From: a bacterium
GTDB taxonomy: Bacteria; Patescibacteriota; 4484-211; GCA-002791395
Assembly: GCA_027002475.1 (NCBI GenBank)
Contig: JALWZS010000030.1
Span: forward strand, 54,827-118,826
Reading direction: 5' to 3'
DNA length: 64,000 nucleotides
The translations under genes were made by a program, and so were the position numbers. A model generated the notes under the pieces. The model saw only the letters and a program-made list of their open reading frames with translations, made no database searches and was not told the origin of the DNA. Positions 1 to 9,953 of this stretch are shown piece after piece; position 1 is the first letter of the stretch; every line of letters starts with the position of its first letter.

Positions 1-3000
1 TAGTGCTGATGGTGCTGGAGTGACAGCATATTATTTATCGAGTGGAGCTAGTAATGCTCCGTCCGGGACGGATCATGCATTGTTTACTTTATCTTACAGT
101 AGCTCATGGTCGACTCAATTAGCGGCTGATTGGCGGACTAATAATTGGTATGTTAGAGAGCAGAATAATGGTACTTGGGGAGCTTGGGACACAATATGGA
201 CAAGTGGTAATGATGGTTCTGGTTCTGGGTTAGATGCAGATTTGTTAGACTCACTTAGCTCTACTGATTTTGCCAGGTGGTATGGTAGGGTAGTTACCGA
301 CTTTAACAGTTATGCTACTTCGCCGAGTGGCTTTTATGGTGTGTCAGGGACAGCCGCTAACGGTCCTGAAGGAAGTTACCAAGCAATGATAAATGCAAGG
401 AACTTGGATGTTGGGTTCCAACTTGTTGGTGGATACAATACTGATGACTTGTGGTATCGGGGTTGGGCAAGTTCTGGTAGTACTTTTTATAGTTGGCGGA
501 GGCTACTTCATAGTGGTAACTTTAACTCATACGCTCCAACTTTAACTGGTGGAGGTGCCAGTGGTACTTGGGGAATTAGCGTTACTGGTAGCGCTGGTAC
601 ATTGGATGGCATAGATTCTTCTCAATTCTTACGGAGTGATACTGATGATTCGTTTTCAGGGACATTAACAGGTAATGGTGGTTTTTACTCTGCTACTAAG
701 GACGATATTACAACTAGAACGGATGGTGGATTCTGGCAAACAAGTACTGCAACAACAAGTGAAGGCTGGCCACAAACTACAGATAGCTGGTACCATCTGC
801 TTTCTTCTACACATAGTAATCAATCGAATTATTATTCGATGCAATTCGCGGGTAATTTTTATAACAGTAATGATATTTACTATCGTTCTACTGCAGGCTC
901 TGGAACTACGGCTTGGAACAAGTTATGGCATGCAGGCAATGATGGTTCTGGTTCTGGGCTAGATGCAGATTTATTAGATGGACATGATAGTAGTTACTTT
1001 CAAGTTGCAGGGACATACGATAACTATAGTTCGTGGACACTCGCAGGAACTAGTGGGACACCACAGACAATAAGTAGTGGGGATACAGCAACAATAGCAG
1101 CAGGGACGGGAATTACAACAACGGTGGGAGCAACAGACACAGTTACAATCGCTGCGACCCTGGGTACAGCTATTGAGAAAGACGAGTTAGTGAACAGTGG
1201 TACTCTTTCTTTCGACTGGACGGATGCAGAGATCACAGATGACCTTACTATCTCAAGTAATGGAACGGTAACTCTGAACACAACAAGTAGTACAAGTGAA
1301 GGGGCAATTAGGTGGGATGCTACTAATGACAGAATAATCGTCGGAACAGGTGCGTCGACAGCAACATTCTATAGTGGAGTCGGCAGTCAAGACCTAGCTA
1401 GCGTTTTGGCAAATGGAAACTCTGCAGGTAGTTACAGTATTAATATGAACAATCAAGGAGTGGCGAGTGTCGGTGTTTTGTCCTTTAATGAGGGGAGTAA
1501 TTTTAAGATTGATGCAAATGCATCAGGGTTATTATTTGATGGTGGTGATGGTACTTGGGATTTCTTAATTTATGACGACCAGATTTACAGTGATCAGATT
1601 AGAGTCGGTTATAACGGCAATGCTATTATATCAACCTATGATTCAGGGGAAGATTTACAGCTAACAAGTAATGGTGGAGATGTTTACGTGAACGACTACC
1701 TTGGAATAGGTAACTCTGCTCCGTCCTACGCTCTTGATGTCACTGGCGATCAAAGAGTAACAGGGCATTTAGCTATAGCGGATGTGGTAGATACAAACTA
1801 CGTCCTCAAAGCCAATGGGAACTCATACTTGGGTAACTACGTAGGGATTGGTACTGGAAATATTGGCACGGAGGGTTATCGCCTTATTGCTGCCGGTGCA
1901 GCTTATTTCTGGACGGACCTTAAGATTAACGGTAATGCAACTTTGGGCGACGCGTCGACAGATACTGTAGCTATAAGCGGAAATACAACTCTTGGTAGTA
2001 CGACAACAACAACTACTACGGTAAAGGGGTATATGTATAGAGGGCTACCAATACGATTTACAAGAACGACAGTAGCTATCAGCTCCTCAAATTCTACCAA
2101 AGACACTACTTGTACCAATGAATTTGGAAGTGCCTATCAAGCAGCTACTGTTACAGACTTAGCACTAAATGCTGGGGGCGGTGGGAGCAAGTCTGTATAC
2201 TACTTTACAACTTATGGGGAGACCTCATATAAATTTGCCTATACTATCAAATATGGTGGGAGCTATAACGGCGAAGCTATATTGCAAGCGGTTTATGATA
2301 CTACAAGCAGCTTGTCAGTAGCTTGTATACGCAAGGATGCAAACATTCTTGTTTCCCGTACGACCACAGCCGCTTCGAACGCCAATAGCACCAAAGACAC
2401 AACTTGTAGCACTGATTATGGCTCCAACTATCGTGCAGCTAATATATATGAAGTTTTCAGCTACGCAGCTTCATTGGGGGTCTCTAGTCGCGCTAAGTTA
2501 TTTAACGTAGCTGATTCCTCGAGTAGCTGGTACCCGCAGTGGGACAATACAAACGGAACAACAAATATACAGGCAACGACAGGTGGAACATATGGTGTTG
2601 CCTGTATTATGAAAGATCCTGCTGGTGGGGCTGACTATGCGGAAACAATTTTGGCTGGTCAAAAAGATATTGATGCTGGTGATATTCTAGTGTCAGATCC
2701 AAGCCATGACAACTCGGCGGTTAAGTCAATAAAGCCGTATCAAGGTACCATTTTAGGGGTCGTACCAACACAGCCCGGAATGCTTATAGGTGAAGATTTA
2801 GAAGGTGATGTTACGTCCATCGCTTTGGCCGGTCGAGTACCAGTAAAAGTAACTGCTAAAAATGGCCCAATAAATATAGGAGATCCAATTACATCTAGTG
2901 ATATAGCAGGCGTAGGTATGAAAGCGACAAGGTCAGGCTACATAGTAGGTACAGCCTTGAGTGGTTTTAGTAGTGATAATCCAGATGAAATCGGAACAGT

Positions 3001-3604
3001 GACGTTGTTTGTTAATCCTGGGTACTATTTAGTTGAGACGCAGTTAGCACAGACACAATTGGATGATATTGTTTCAACTGATGAAACTGTGACTGATAGC
3101 GATGTGTCGCAAGATCTTCCTATGACTGGAGAGATGAATGAATTAACAGTAACCGATTCGCTTAAGTCTACTGGTGTTACGCAATTAGTAGATACCGAAA
3201 TTACGGGTAGCCTAAGTATAAATGGCGATATTAGCAGTCCGCTCGGCAACCTGACATTCCAGGGCGAGAAAATAATCATGACTAAAGATGGCGACTTGAA
3301 GTTAGTTAATGGTGTACTTAGTGCTAAGGAAGTAAAGACAGATAGGGTCATTGCAAATGAAGTTGAATCAAAGTCTATTAAGACATCTACAGTGGTGGGG
3401 GCGGACGAATCGAGGGGAGAAGTGATGGCTGATGCCTTAGAGATTAGAGTTGCTGTGGACTGGGATAGTGCGCCTGCGGTAGTTAACCTTACTCCGAGTT
3501 ACAACACAAACGTGTGGGTAACGGATATTACCAAATCAGGATTTACAATCCATGTAGAAAAAGTTAACGTGGATCAAAGAGTGTATTGGTGGGCAATTTG
3601 GTAA
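1..3604 (+). CDS. Large surface/tail-fibre-like protein, 5'-partial
   Basis: Frame is open to the window edge. Ser/Thr/Gly-rich; repeated W..GNDGSGSGLDADLLD tail-fibre motif; two Cys-containing repeats; C-terminal ADYAE...ALAGRVPVKV...GPI..GD.IT.S region typical of CPR giant proteins. Confidence 0.7.
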   Translation, partial: SADGAGVTAYYLSSGASNAPSGTDHALFTLSYSSSWSTQLAADWRTNNWYVREQNNGTWGAWDTIWTSGNDGSGSGLDADLLDSLSSTDFARWYGRVVTDFNSYATSPSGFYGVSGTAANGPEGSYQAMINARNLDVGFQLVGGYNTDDLWYRGWASSGSTFYSWRRLLHSGNFNSYAPTLTGGGASGTWGISVTGSAGTLDGIDSSQFLRSDTDDSFSGTLTGNGGFYSATKDDITTRTDGGFWQTSTATTSEGWPQTTDSWYHLLSSTHSNQSNYYSMQFAGNFYNSNDIYYRSTAGSGTTAWNKLWHAGNDGSGSGLDADLLDGHDSSYFQVAGTYDNYSSWTLAGTSGTPQTISSGDTATIAAGTGITTTVGATDTVTIAATLGTAIEKDELVNSGTLSFDWTDAEITDDLTISSNGTVTLNTTSSTSEGAIRWDATNDRIIVGTGASTATFYSGVGSQDLASVLANGNSAGSYSINMNNQGVASVGVLSFNEGSNFKIDANASGLLFDGGDGTWDFLIYDDQIYSDQIRVGYNGNAIISTYDSGEDLQLTSNGGDVYVNDYLGIGNSAPSYALDVTGDQRVTGHLAIADVVDTNYVLKANGNSYLGNYVGIGTGNIGTEGYRLIAAGAAYFWTDLKINGNATLGDASTDTVAISGNTTLGSTTTTTTTVKGYMYRGLPIRFTRTTVAISSSNSTKDTTCTNEFGSAYQAATVTDLALNAGGGGSKSVYYFTTYGETSYKFAYTIKYGGSYNGEAILQAVYDTTSSLSVACIRKDANILVSRTTTAASNANSTKDTTCSTDYGSNYRAANIYEVFSYAASLGVSSRAKLFNVADSSSSWYPQWDNTNGTTNIQATTGGTYGVACIMKDPAGGADYAETILAGQKDIDAGDILVSDPSHDNSAVKSIKPYQGTILGVVPTQPGMLIGEDLEGDVTSIALAGRVPVKVTAKNGPINIGDPITSSDIAGVGMKATRSGYIVGTALSGFSSDNPDEIGTVTLFVNPGYYLVETQLAQTQLDDIVSTDETVTDSDVSQDLPMTGEMNELTVTDSLKSTGVTQLVDTEITGSLSINGDISSPLGNLTFQGEKIIMTKDGDLKLVNGVLSAKEVKTDRVIANEVESKSIKTSTVVGADESRGEVMADALEIRVAVDWDSAPAVVNLTPSYNTNVWVTDITKSGFTIHVEKVNVDQRVYWWAIW
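209..978 (+). repeat. 41-bp direct repeat (209-249 and 938-978) encoding NDGSGSGLDADLL
   Basis: aatgatggttctggttctggg(t/c)tagatgcagattt(g/a)ttaga, 2 mismatches. Confidence 0.9.
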
Positions 3605-3759
3605 AAGGTTAAATACTATATTACGCACTGGAAATACCTTAATTTATTGTTGGATTGATTGCCGCTGGCGTGGCATGATTTACTATTTTCTGTCTTGTTG
3701 AGTTTCTATACCACACAACCGGCTTGGCCAAAATGGTAAAAATGCATAAAATGTTAAAC

Positions 3760-4014
3760 ATGGAGACTGTTACAGCTACAGAACTAAAACGTAATACGTC
3801 AGATATCTTAAATAAAGTTGTTTATGCGGGAAGAGATGTATTGATCAAAAGACATGGTGTTGTCGTTGCGAAAGTAGTTGCTGTAAAAAGAAACGATGAC
3901 ATCGAAGTTAAAGGTAGGCTCAAGAAATATAAGGGAGCAGTCCCAGGACTTGCTCGTGAAGTGAAGGGTGTGCGAAAAGGCCTAAATAAGGACACGGAGA
4001 AAAGGTTAATGTAA
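3760..4014 (+). CDS. Phd/YefM-family antitoxin-like protein
   Basis: METVTATELKRNTSDILNKV...VLIKRHG matches the Phd/YefM N-terminal pattern. Confidence 0.8.
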   Translation: METVTATELKRNTSDILNKVVYAGRDVLIKRHGVVVAKVVAVKRNDDIEVKGRLKKYKGAVPGLAREVKGVRKGLNKDTEKRLM

Positions 4015-4241
4015 GGTAGCTGTACCCTATACCCTAATCGAATCTCAGATCTGAAACTGTTGTGACTTCACTATGAGGGATTTACATTCTTGTTATGTCC
4101 GTCAGATAACAGTAGCGTTTGTGATAAAGGATACGGGTTAGTATTTCTCTTGTTAATGCATGCAAATCTTGGCGATAGCATAGAGGATTAAGATGGTTGT
4201 TTGGTTGTCTGGGGCGCGTTGGTGCTATACTGGGTTTAGTC

Positions 4242-4799
4242 ATGCCAAGAAAGAATGGACATTGGCAAGTAAATAATAGTCAGCTGGTTTATGGAAATCC
4301 GTGGATGCAAGTCTATGAGGATGATGTGACTGATTACAGTGGGGTTCGCACTACTTTTTCTCGTGCTAATGTTAGAGATGGTGTAACAATTGTTGCATTA
4401 GATTCTGATAATAATATCTACTTAATAAGTACTACGCGATACGCTGTGCAAAAAAACAGTGAAGAGTGTATTAGCGGCGGCATAAAAGAAGATGAAAGCC
4501 CACTGGACTGCGCTAAAAGGGAATTGGCTGAGGAAATAGGAGCTTTCTCTAATGAATGGATTAGCTTAGGAACGATTCATACTTTTCCAGATAAATTGGA
4601 GCATACTGAAAGTTTATTTATTGCTAAAAACATTAAACCCTTAAATCATAAGCCGCCACTTGATACATCTGAAAAACTGGATGTATCGAAGATCCCGTTC
4701 TCTTTGGCAGTTGAGTGGGTAATGAATAGTAAGATAATGCATAGCCCAAGTTGTGTTGCAATATTGAAGGCACAAAAGTATATAAACGGTGTTGATTAG
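4242..4799 (+). CDS. NUDIX hydrolase (ADP-ribose pyrophosphatase-like)
   Basis: Nudix box GGIKEDESPLDCAKRELAEEIG. Confidence 0.9.
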   Translation: MPRKNGHWQVNNSQLVYGNPWMQVYEDDVTDYSGVRTTFSRANVRDGVTIVALDSDNNIYLISTTRYAVQKNSEECISGGIKEDESPLDCAKRELAEEIGAFSNEWISLGTIHTFPDKLEHTESLFIAKNIKPLNHKPPLDTSEKLDVSKIPFSLAVEWVMNSKIMHSPSCVAILKAQKYINGVD

Positions 4800-4800
4800 C

Positions 4801-5202
4801 TTATTTAATATTTTCTTTGATTAGCTTAGCTGTTTGGGCTAACTCATCTTGGCTAACCGTGCCGACCTTAACGGTTTGTAAATCCTTGATGTTTTGTAGT
4901 GGTGTTACTTTTATGTGAGCGTGTTTTACGTCAAAGCCCTCAACGATCACACCAACCCGTAGCGGTTTAATTGTTCTGTCTATAGCTTCCATTACCTTTT
5001 TAACGACATTCATTACATGCACATATGTGTCTTCGTCCATATGGTGTACAAAATCAAAGTGTTTTTTCGGAATCACAAGCACCATTCCTTTGTTTATTGG
5101 GTCTATGTCCATAAATGCTAGGACCTTTTCATCTTCATATACTTTGTGACTTGGGATTTCCCCTGCAGCTATTTTGCAAAAAATGCATTCAGACGCTTGC
5201 AT
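4801..5202 (-). CDS. HIT family hydrolase
   Basis: CIFCKI N-terminus; degenerate triad HAHIKV. Confidence 0.88.
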   Translation of the reverse strand: MQASECIFCKIAAGEIPSHKVYEDEKVLAFMDIDPINKGMVLVIPKKHFDFVHHMDEDTYVHVMNVVKKVMEAIDRTIKPLRVGVIVEGFDVKHAHIKVTPLQNIKDLQTVKVGTVSQDELAQTAKLIKENIK

Positions 5203-5220
5203 AAGTGAAGTTTATCATAC

Positions 5221-5772
5221 TTACTTTAAGTTAAAAGTTTCAAGTGGTTGGTAGGTGGAGCCGTTCCTGTTTAATTTTGACTCAAATAACGTAAAGGTAT
5301 CGACCGATAGAGGAGAGAGCTCTACGTCTGGGAGTGGTGTGTTGTCACTAATATCAAGCTTGCTCGCTCGCATTAGAGTCGTATGTATAATGGGTTTGGG
5401 TGGTTGGGTTGGCTGTACCGAGTGTACGGCTTCGTACAGTTTACTTTGTAAGTCGTTAAATTCTTTTGAGCCGTTAAAAGTAAGGCACACTGCTCGCGCC
5501 TTGTCGTCGCTAGGTAGTTGCATAATGGACTTTGGTGTTAGCGTAAATGGTTGTAACTCTTTAGTGGCTTTCTGCACCTCTTTTATGATTGCCGATACAT
5601 TTTCACTTGGAGTATTGCCGATAAACACTAATGTTACATGGAGGTTTTCTCGCGGGGTTAAGCGCAGATTGTCGGTTTGCTTTGATAAGCGTTGGTAGAG
5701 GGCATGTTGGTACAGTGATAGGTTGTTTGCATACGATTTAACTATAGGAATCGCAAGAAATAGTCGTTGCAT
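5221..5772 (-). CDS. thpR: RNA 2',3'-cyclic phosphodiesterase (2H phosphoesterase)
   Basis: RLFLAI start; two HxT motifs (HVTL, HTTL); LFES..G..Y end. Confidence 0.85.
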   Translation of the reverse strand: MQRLFLAIPIVKSYANNLSLYQHALYQRLSKQTDNLRLTPRENLHVTLVFIGNTPSENVSAIIKEVQKATKELQPFTLTPKSIMQLPSDDKARAVCLTFNGSKEFNDLQSKLYEAVHSVQPTQPPKPIIHTTLMRASKLDISDNTPLPDVELSPLSVDTFTLFESKLNRNGSTYQPLETFNLK

Positions 5773-5776
5773 AACC

Positions 5777-6052
5777 TTAGGACATCTCGATGTTGAAGCC
5801 TTCTAAGTTTTGCACCTCACCCTCGTGTATTGTCATGTTGGTGACCACGGCTTGTTCTGGTCCCTTTTTGCACCAGCTTATGAACTTATCAAGATCTTCC
5901 GGTTCGCCTTCGGCAACAATAAAAACCGACTCGTCTGGTTGGTTGATTATGTATCCAGCGATATTATTTTCTAAGGCTATATTTCTAGCATTGAACCGAA
6001 ACGAAACACCTTGTACTTCGCCTTCAAGAAGGATAGTTACATGTTTTTTCAT
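5777..6052 (-). CDS. acyP: Acylphosphatase
   Basis: G.VQGVSFR, GY..N, KGP motifs. Confidence 0.9.
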   Translation of the reverse strand: MKKHVTILLEGEVQGVSFRFNARNIALENNIAGYIINQPDESVFIVAEGEPEDLDKFISWCKKGPEQAVVTNMTIHEGEVQNLEGFNIEMS

Positions 6053-6116
6053 AACTAATGTTAATATAACTTAATCTCAAGCCTTGTTCAAGCAACATGG
6101 TGTAAAATATATGTAA

Positions 6117-7205
6117 ATGGCTAAAAAATTAAGTAGTCTTTCTATATTTTTTCCTGCTTATAACGAAGAGGCAAATATTAAGAAAACCGTCGAGGAAGCA
6201 CTAAAAGTAGCAAAGAGTGTTACAGACAATTACGAGGTTTTAGTTGTTAACGATGGGAGTGGTGATGATACTGCAAGAATAGTTCAAGAGATTGTAAAGA
6301 AGGATCCACACGTTAGGTTAATAAACCATGCGCAAAATCAAGGTTATGGTGCTGCGCTCATGTCTGGATTTATGAATGCAACTAAGGGGTGGATATTTTT
6401 TAGTGATGCGGATTTACAGTTTGATTTGTCAGAAATAGAAAAACTTATTGAAAAAACAGATAAATACGATGTTGTATTAGGGTACCGCAAGAAACGGAAC
6501 GACCCTTTTATGAGACTGCTTAATGCTAAAGGGTGGAATGTTCTTAATAGGTTATTTTTTGGACTCAAAGTCAAAGATATCGATTGTGCGTTTAAGCTTT
6601 TTAGAGCAGATGCGATTAAGCCAATATTGCACGAGATTGAGTCTCGTGGTGCTATGATTTCGGCAGAACTATTGGTGCGGTTGCATAGAGCGGGATACGA
6701 GTTTGCAGAGGTTGGTGTAAACCATTATCCACGCACCGCAGGATCGGCAACTGGGGCTAAGCCGAGTGTTATTGTCAGGGCATTCAAGGAGATGGCGATG
6801 GTTTATCGAGGCGATCTCGGGAATGACTGGGTTAAGGGGACTATTAAGTTTATGGTTGTTGGTGGTTTTAACACAGTGGTGGATTTAGGGGTGTACTTTG
6901 GTTTAACGCATACCATTTTTTTGTTAGCAAACCACAAAATGTGGGCTAAAGGGATTAGTTATATTGTTGGGATGCTAAATAGTTTTATTTGGAATAGAGC
7001 AATTTCTAAGAGGGCAAAGGAAACTGTGGCTTTTGACATCTTGCCGCTTGCCGTAATTTCTGTTGCAGCAGTTGCAATTAATACGTCGGTTATGTATGTC
7101 TCTTATGAAACTTTAGGAATTAGTGAAATTTGGTCGTTGCTAATTGCGACAGGTGTGACGTTTGCTTGGAATTTTATGATGAGCAAAGTCCTTCGTCGGT
7201 CGTAG
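6117..7205 (+). CDS. GT2 polyprenol-phosphate glycosyltransferase fused to GtrA-like domain
   Basis: PAYNEE, VNDGS.D, DADLQ, DIDCAFK; hydrophobic C-terminus with KF..VG..NT. Confidence 0.88.
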   Translation: MAKKLSSLSIFFPAYNEEANIKKTVEEALKVAKSVTDNYEVLVVNDGSGDDTARIVQEIVKKDPHVRLINHAQNQGYGAALMSGFMNATKGWIFFSDADLQFDLSEIEKLIEKTDKYDVVLGYRKKRNDPFMRLLNAKGWNVLNRLFFGLKVKDIDCAFKLFRADAIKPILHEIESRGAMISAELLVRLHRAGYEFAEVGVNHYPRTAGSATGAKPSVIVRAFKEMAMVYRGDLGNDWVKGTIKFMVVGGFNTVVDLGVYFGLTHTIFLLANHKMWAKGISYIVGMLNSFIWNRAISKRAKETVAFDILPLAVISVAAVAINTSVMYVSYETLGISEIWSLLIATGVTFAWNFMMSKVLRRS

Positions 7206-7556
7206 CCGATAGCGCCGCCTCTCTAGGGTGCTACCTTTCGTTATTTGCTTGCCCACCGCTTGCACCTTGAGGCCGATAAGGCGCTCTCTGTATAATTAAA
7301 TGCGTGAATCGTGCGTTGTTCAACCAATCTGAACGCTCGATACCAAGCCGATGCAGCCGCCAAATATGTTGGTTTTGCGCGTCGCTGGCGATCTAATAAT
7401 GTGCTCAATTGCTTCGTACTGCACGCCTAGCGCTTGTCTTGTAGTATGGATGCGCGTTTTGCGTGCGCTGCTTTGGCGGGTTGTGGCGGCGCGCCCTATA
7501 TAATTATGTCTTCGGGTAGTGCGTTTGGTGTGTACTTATGTTGTTATAATTAATGT

Positions 7557-8435
7557 ATGAAAAAAGTTGCTGGTTTGGTACTGCTCATATTAATACTGTT
7601 GTTGGGATATGTATTTCTTTCAAGCCGCGGCGAAAGGACTAGTAACAGCCAACTTAAAGTAGCAACGACAATTTTTCCTGCGTACGATATTGCTAGAAAC
7701 GTGTTGGGAGACAAAGTGGATCTCGTGCAAATATTGCCTGTTGGTGCAAGCCCGCATACCTATGAGCCTACAGTGCAAGACCAGCTTAAGCTACAAGGTA
7801 TAGATGTTTTATTTGTAATTGGGCACGGTTTGGACGATTTCGCTGTTAAGTTAGCAAAAAGCGCTAATTCTAGGGTAAAGATTGTTACTCTTGATAAGTA
7901 TGTTGAATACATGGGAGATGAAATGGATCCTCATTATTTTGTGTCGATAAATGGTGCAAAGTCGATAGCTCGAGTTATCGATGATACTATGTCCGACATA
8001 GATAAAAGTAATCAGCAGTATTACAACAATAATACTCAGGCGTATTTAACTCAGCTAGAAGATTTACTAGTCAATTCACGTCAAAAGCTTTCAACCCTTG
8101 GTGGTTCGTTAAAGATTGTAACTTTCCATAATGCGTTTTCCTTTTTTGCTGATGAATTAGGGATTGAGATCGTCGCTACATTAGAGCCCTTCCCTGGGAA
8201 AAAGCCCACGATTGAGTACCTTTCTGGAATTGAGGAAATTATTAAAGAACAAGGCATTAGTGCTGTTTTTAGTGAGCCGCAACTTTCTGGTGATGTAGTA
8301 GAGTCTTTGTCAAAAGATCTTGGGATAAAGGTTTATACGCTAGATCCCTTAGGTGGTTATGATAAGCGTGATTCATTTATATCGAACTATGCGGAGAACG
8401 TTGATACAATCATTAAGGCGTTCAATCAAAAATGA
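7557..8435 (+). CDS. znuA: Zn/Mn ABC transporter substrate-binding protein
   Basis: SPHTYEP, DPH, HNAF, LDPLG; N-terminal anchor. Confidence 0.85.
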   Translation: MKKVAGLVLLILILLLGYVFLSSRGERTSNSQLKVATTIFPAYDIARNVLGDKVDLVQILPVGASPHTYEPTVQDQLKLQGIDVLFVIGHGLDDFAVKLAKSANSRVKIVTLDKYVEYMGDEMDPHYFVSINGAKSIARVIDDTMSDIDKSNQQYYNNNTQAYLTQLEDLLVNSRQKLSTLGGSLKIVTFHNAFSFFADELGIEIVATLEPFPGKKPTIEYLSGIEEIIKEQGISAVFSEPQLSGDVVESLSKDLGIKVYTLDPLGGYDKRDSFISNYAENVDTIIKAFNQK

Positions 8436-9142
8436 ATGAGAATCAAAAAAAAACAAGTATTGCTCCGATTTCCGTAAAAGATCTTGTTGTTGAGTATGGA
8501 AGTAATCCTGTGATAAAAGACGCTACCTTTGATGTGACAAAAGGGGCAATTACTTATATTGTTGGACGCAATGGTTCTGGGAAGTCTACTTTAGTTAGTG
8601 CTATTTTAGGTTTAATTCCTGTTAAATCTGGTGAAGTCTATTTATATGGGCAGCCGCGTACACAAGAAAAGGTGTCTGATTTATTTGGGTACATGCCTCA
8701 ATACTCACACATCGATAGGACATTTCCAATTACTGTTGCCGAGATGATTGAGCTTGAATGTACGCACAGTAAATCGTGTCCCTTGGGTGTAGAAGGGCAT
8801 TTAGAAAGGTTGGGTGGGGGATATCTTAGCGAAAAACCAATTCGTGCGCTTTCTGGTGGGGAATTGCAAAAAGTCCTTTTAGCACGAGCGCTAGTAACAG
8901 AGCCAGAGATTCTTGTTCTAGATGAGCCAATGAATAACCTTGACCATAAGAGTCAAGACAAACTACATGAGATGATACATGAAATGAATGAGTCTGGTAC
9001 GACAATTCTTATTGTTACGCATGACTATTCCTTTATAGATGAGCAGTCCGAAGAAGTCCTTTTAATAGACGACGGTAGGGTTTATAAAGGTCGCCTATCG
9101 CAGTTATTTAAAGAAATGGGGGTTAGATATGAGCATAATTGA
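8432..9142 (+). CDS. znuC: Zn/Mn ABC transporter ATPase
   Basis: GRNGSGKST, LSGGE, LDEP. Confidence 0.88.
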   Translation: MNENQKKTSIAPISVKDLVVEYGSNPVIKDATFDVTKGAITYIVGRNGSGKSTLVSAILGLIPVKSGEVYLYGQPRTQEKVSDLFGYMPQYSHIDRTFPITVAEMIELECTHSKSCPLGVEGHLERLGGGYLSEKPIRALSGGELQKVLLARALVTEPEILVLDEPMNNLDHKSQDKLHEMIHEMNESGTTILIVTHDYSFIDEQSEEVLLIDDGRVYKGRLSQLFKEMGVRYEHN

Positions 9143-9953
9143 TTTAATTTCCTTGCCATTTGTACAAAGAGCAATAATCGGCGGTGTTCTTGTTGGGATA
9201 CTAGCTGCGACACTTGGAGTATTTGTTGTGCTTCGTAGGCAGTCTTTTTTGACCGAAGCAGTCTCACACGCTTCCTTGGCTGGAGTCGCTGCAGCCTTAC
9301 TTATAGCGTGGGAGCCTGTACTTCTTGCAATTGTTGTCGCAATACTCCTTGCCTTGCTGATCACTTACTTTAAGCGGAAAGCTCCGCTTGAGTCTGACTC
9401 ACTCATCGGCATATTTTTTTCACTCTTTTTCGCATTAGGTATAGTGTTAATCAACTTGTCTCCAACTTATCAACCAGAGGTAATGACGTATCTCTTTGGC
9501 TCTATTTTGGCGATTACATGGGAAGATTTAATTTATGCGGGTGTGGTGTTTGTCGTTTTAATTACAATAACAAAATATTTGTATAAACAGCTACTATACT
9601 TTACCTTTGATCCAGTTGGCGCGTACATTCGTGGAATAAAAGTAGAAAGGTTGGAGTATGTGATAAACATTCTTACAGCAATTGCAGTTGTAATCTCGGT
9701 TAAAGTTGTTGGGGTAATTCTTGTTACTGCACTTTTTATAATTCCTGCATCTAGTGCTAAGCTTTTAGCTAAAAGCTTTACGCAGATGATTCCTATTTCT
9801 ATAATTCTGTCATTACTATCTGTCCTTGTTGGACTTTGGCTTTCTATAGTTTCAAATCTCCCTCCTGGAGCGTTAATAGTGTTAGTGTCGGGTGGGATAT
9901 TCTTGGTAGTATTTACTTTAAGTAGGCTTAATTTATTAGGCAAATCAAACTAG
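9129..9953 (+). CDS. znuB: Zn/Mn ABC transporter permease
   Basis: VVLRR.S...A.SHA.L.G, YLFGSIL; multi-TM. Confidence 0.88.
   Translation: MSIIDLISLPFVQRAIIGGVLVGILAATLGVFVVLRRQSFLTEAVSHASLAGVAAALLIAWEPVLLAIVVAILLALLITYFKRKAPLESDSLIGIFFSLFFALGIVLINLSPTYQPEVMTYLFGSILAITWEDLIYAGVVFVVLITITKYLYKQLLYFTFDPVGAYIRGIKVERLEYVINILTAIAVVISVKVVGVILVTALFIIPASSAKLLAKSFTQMIPISIILSLLSVLVGLWLSIVSNLPPGALIVLVSGGIFLVVFTLSRLNLLGKSN

Noticed and set aside
1-3604. DGR target or shufflon
   Set aside because: No reverse transcriptase, adenine-variant template repeat, invertase or inverted repeats in the window
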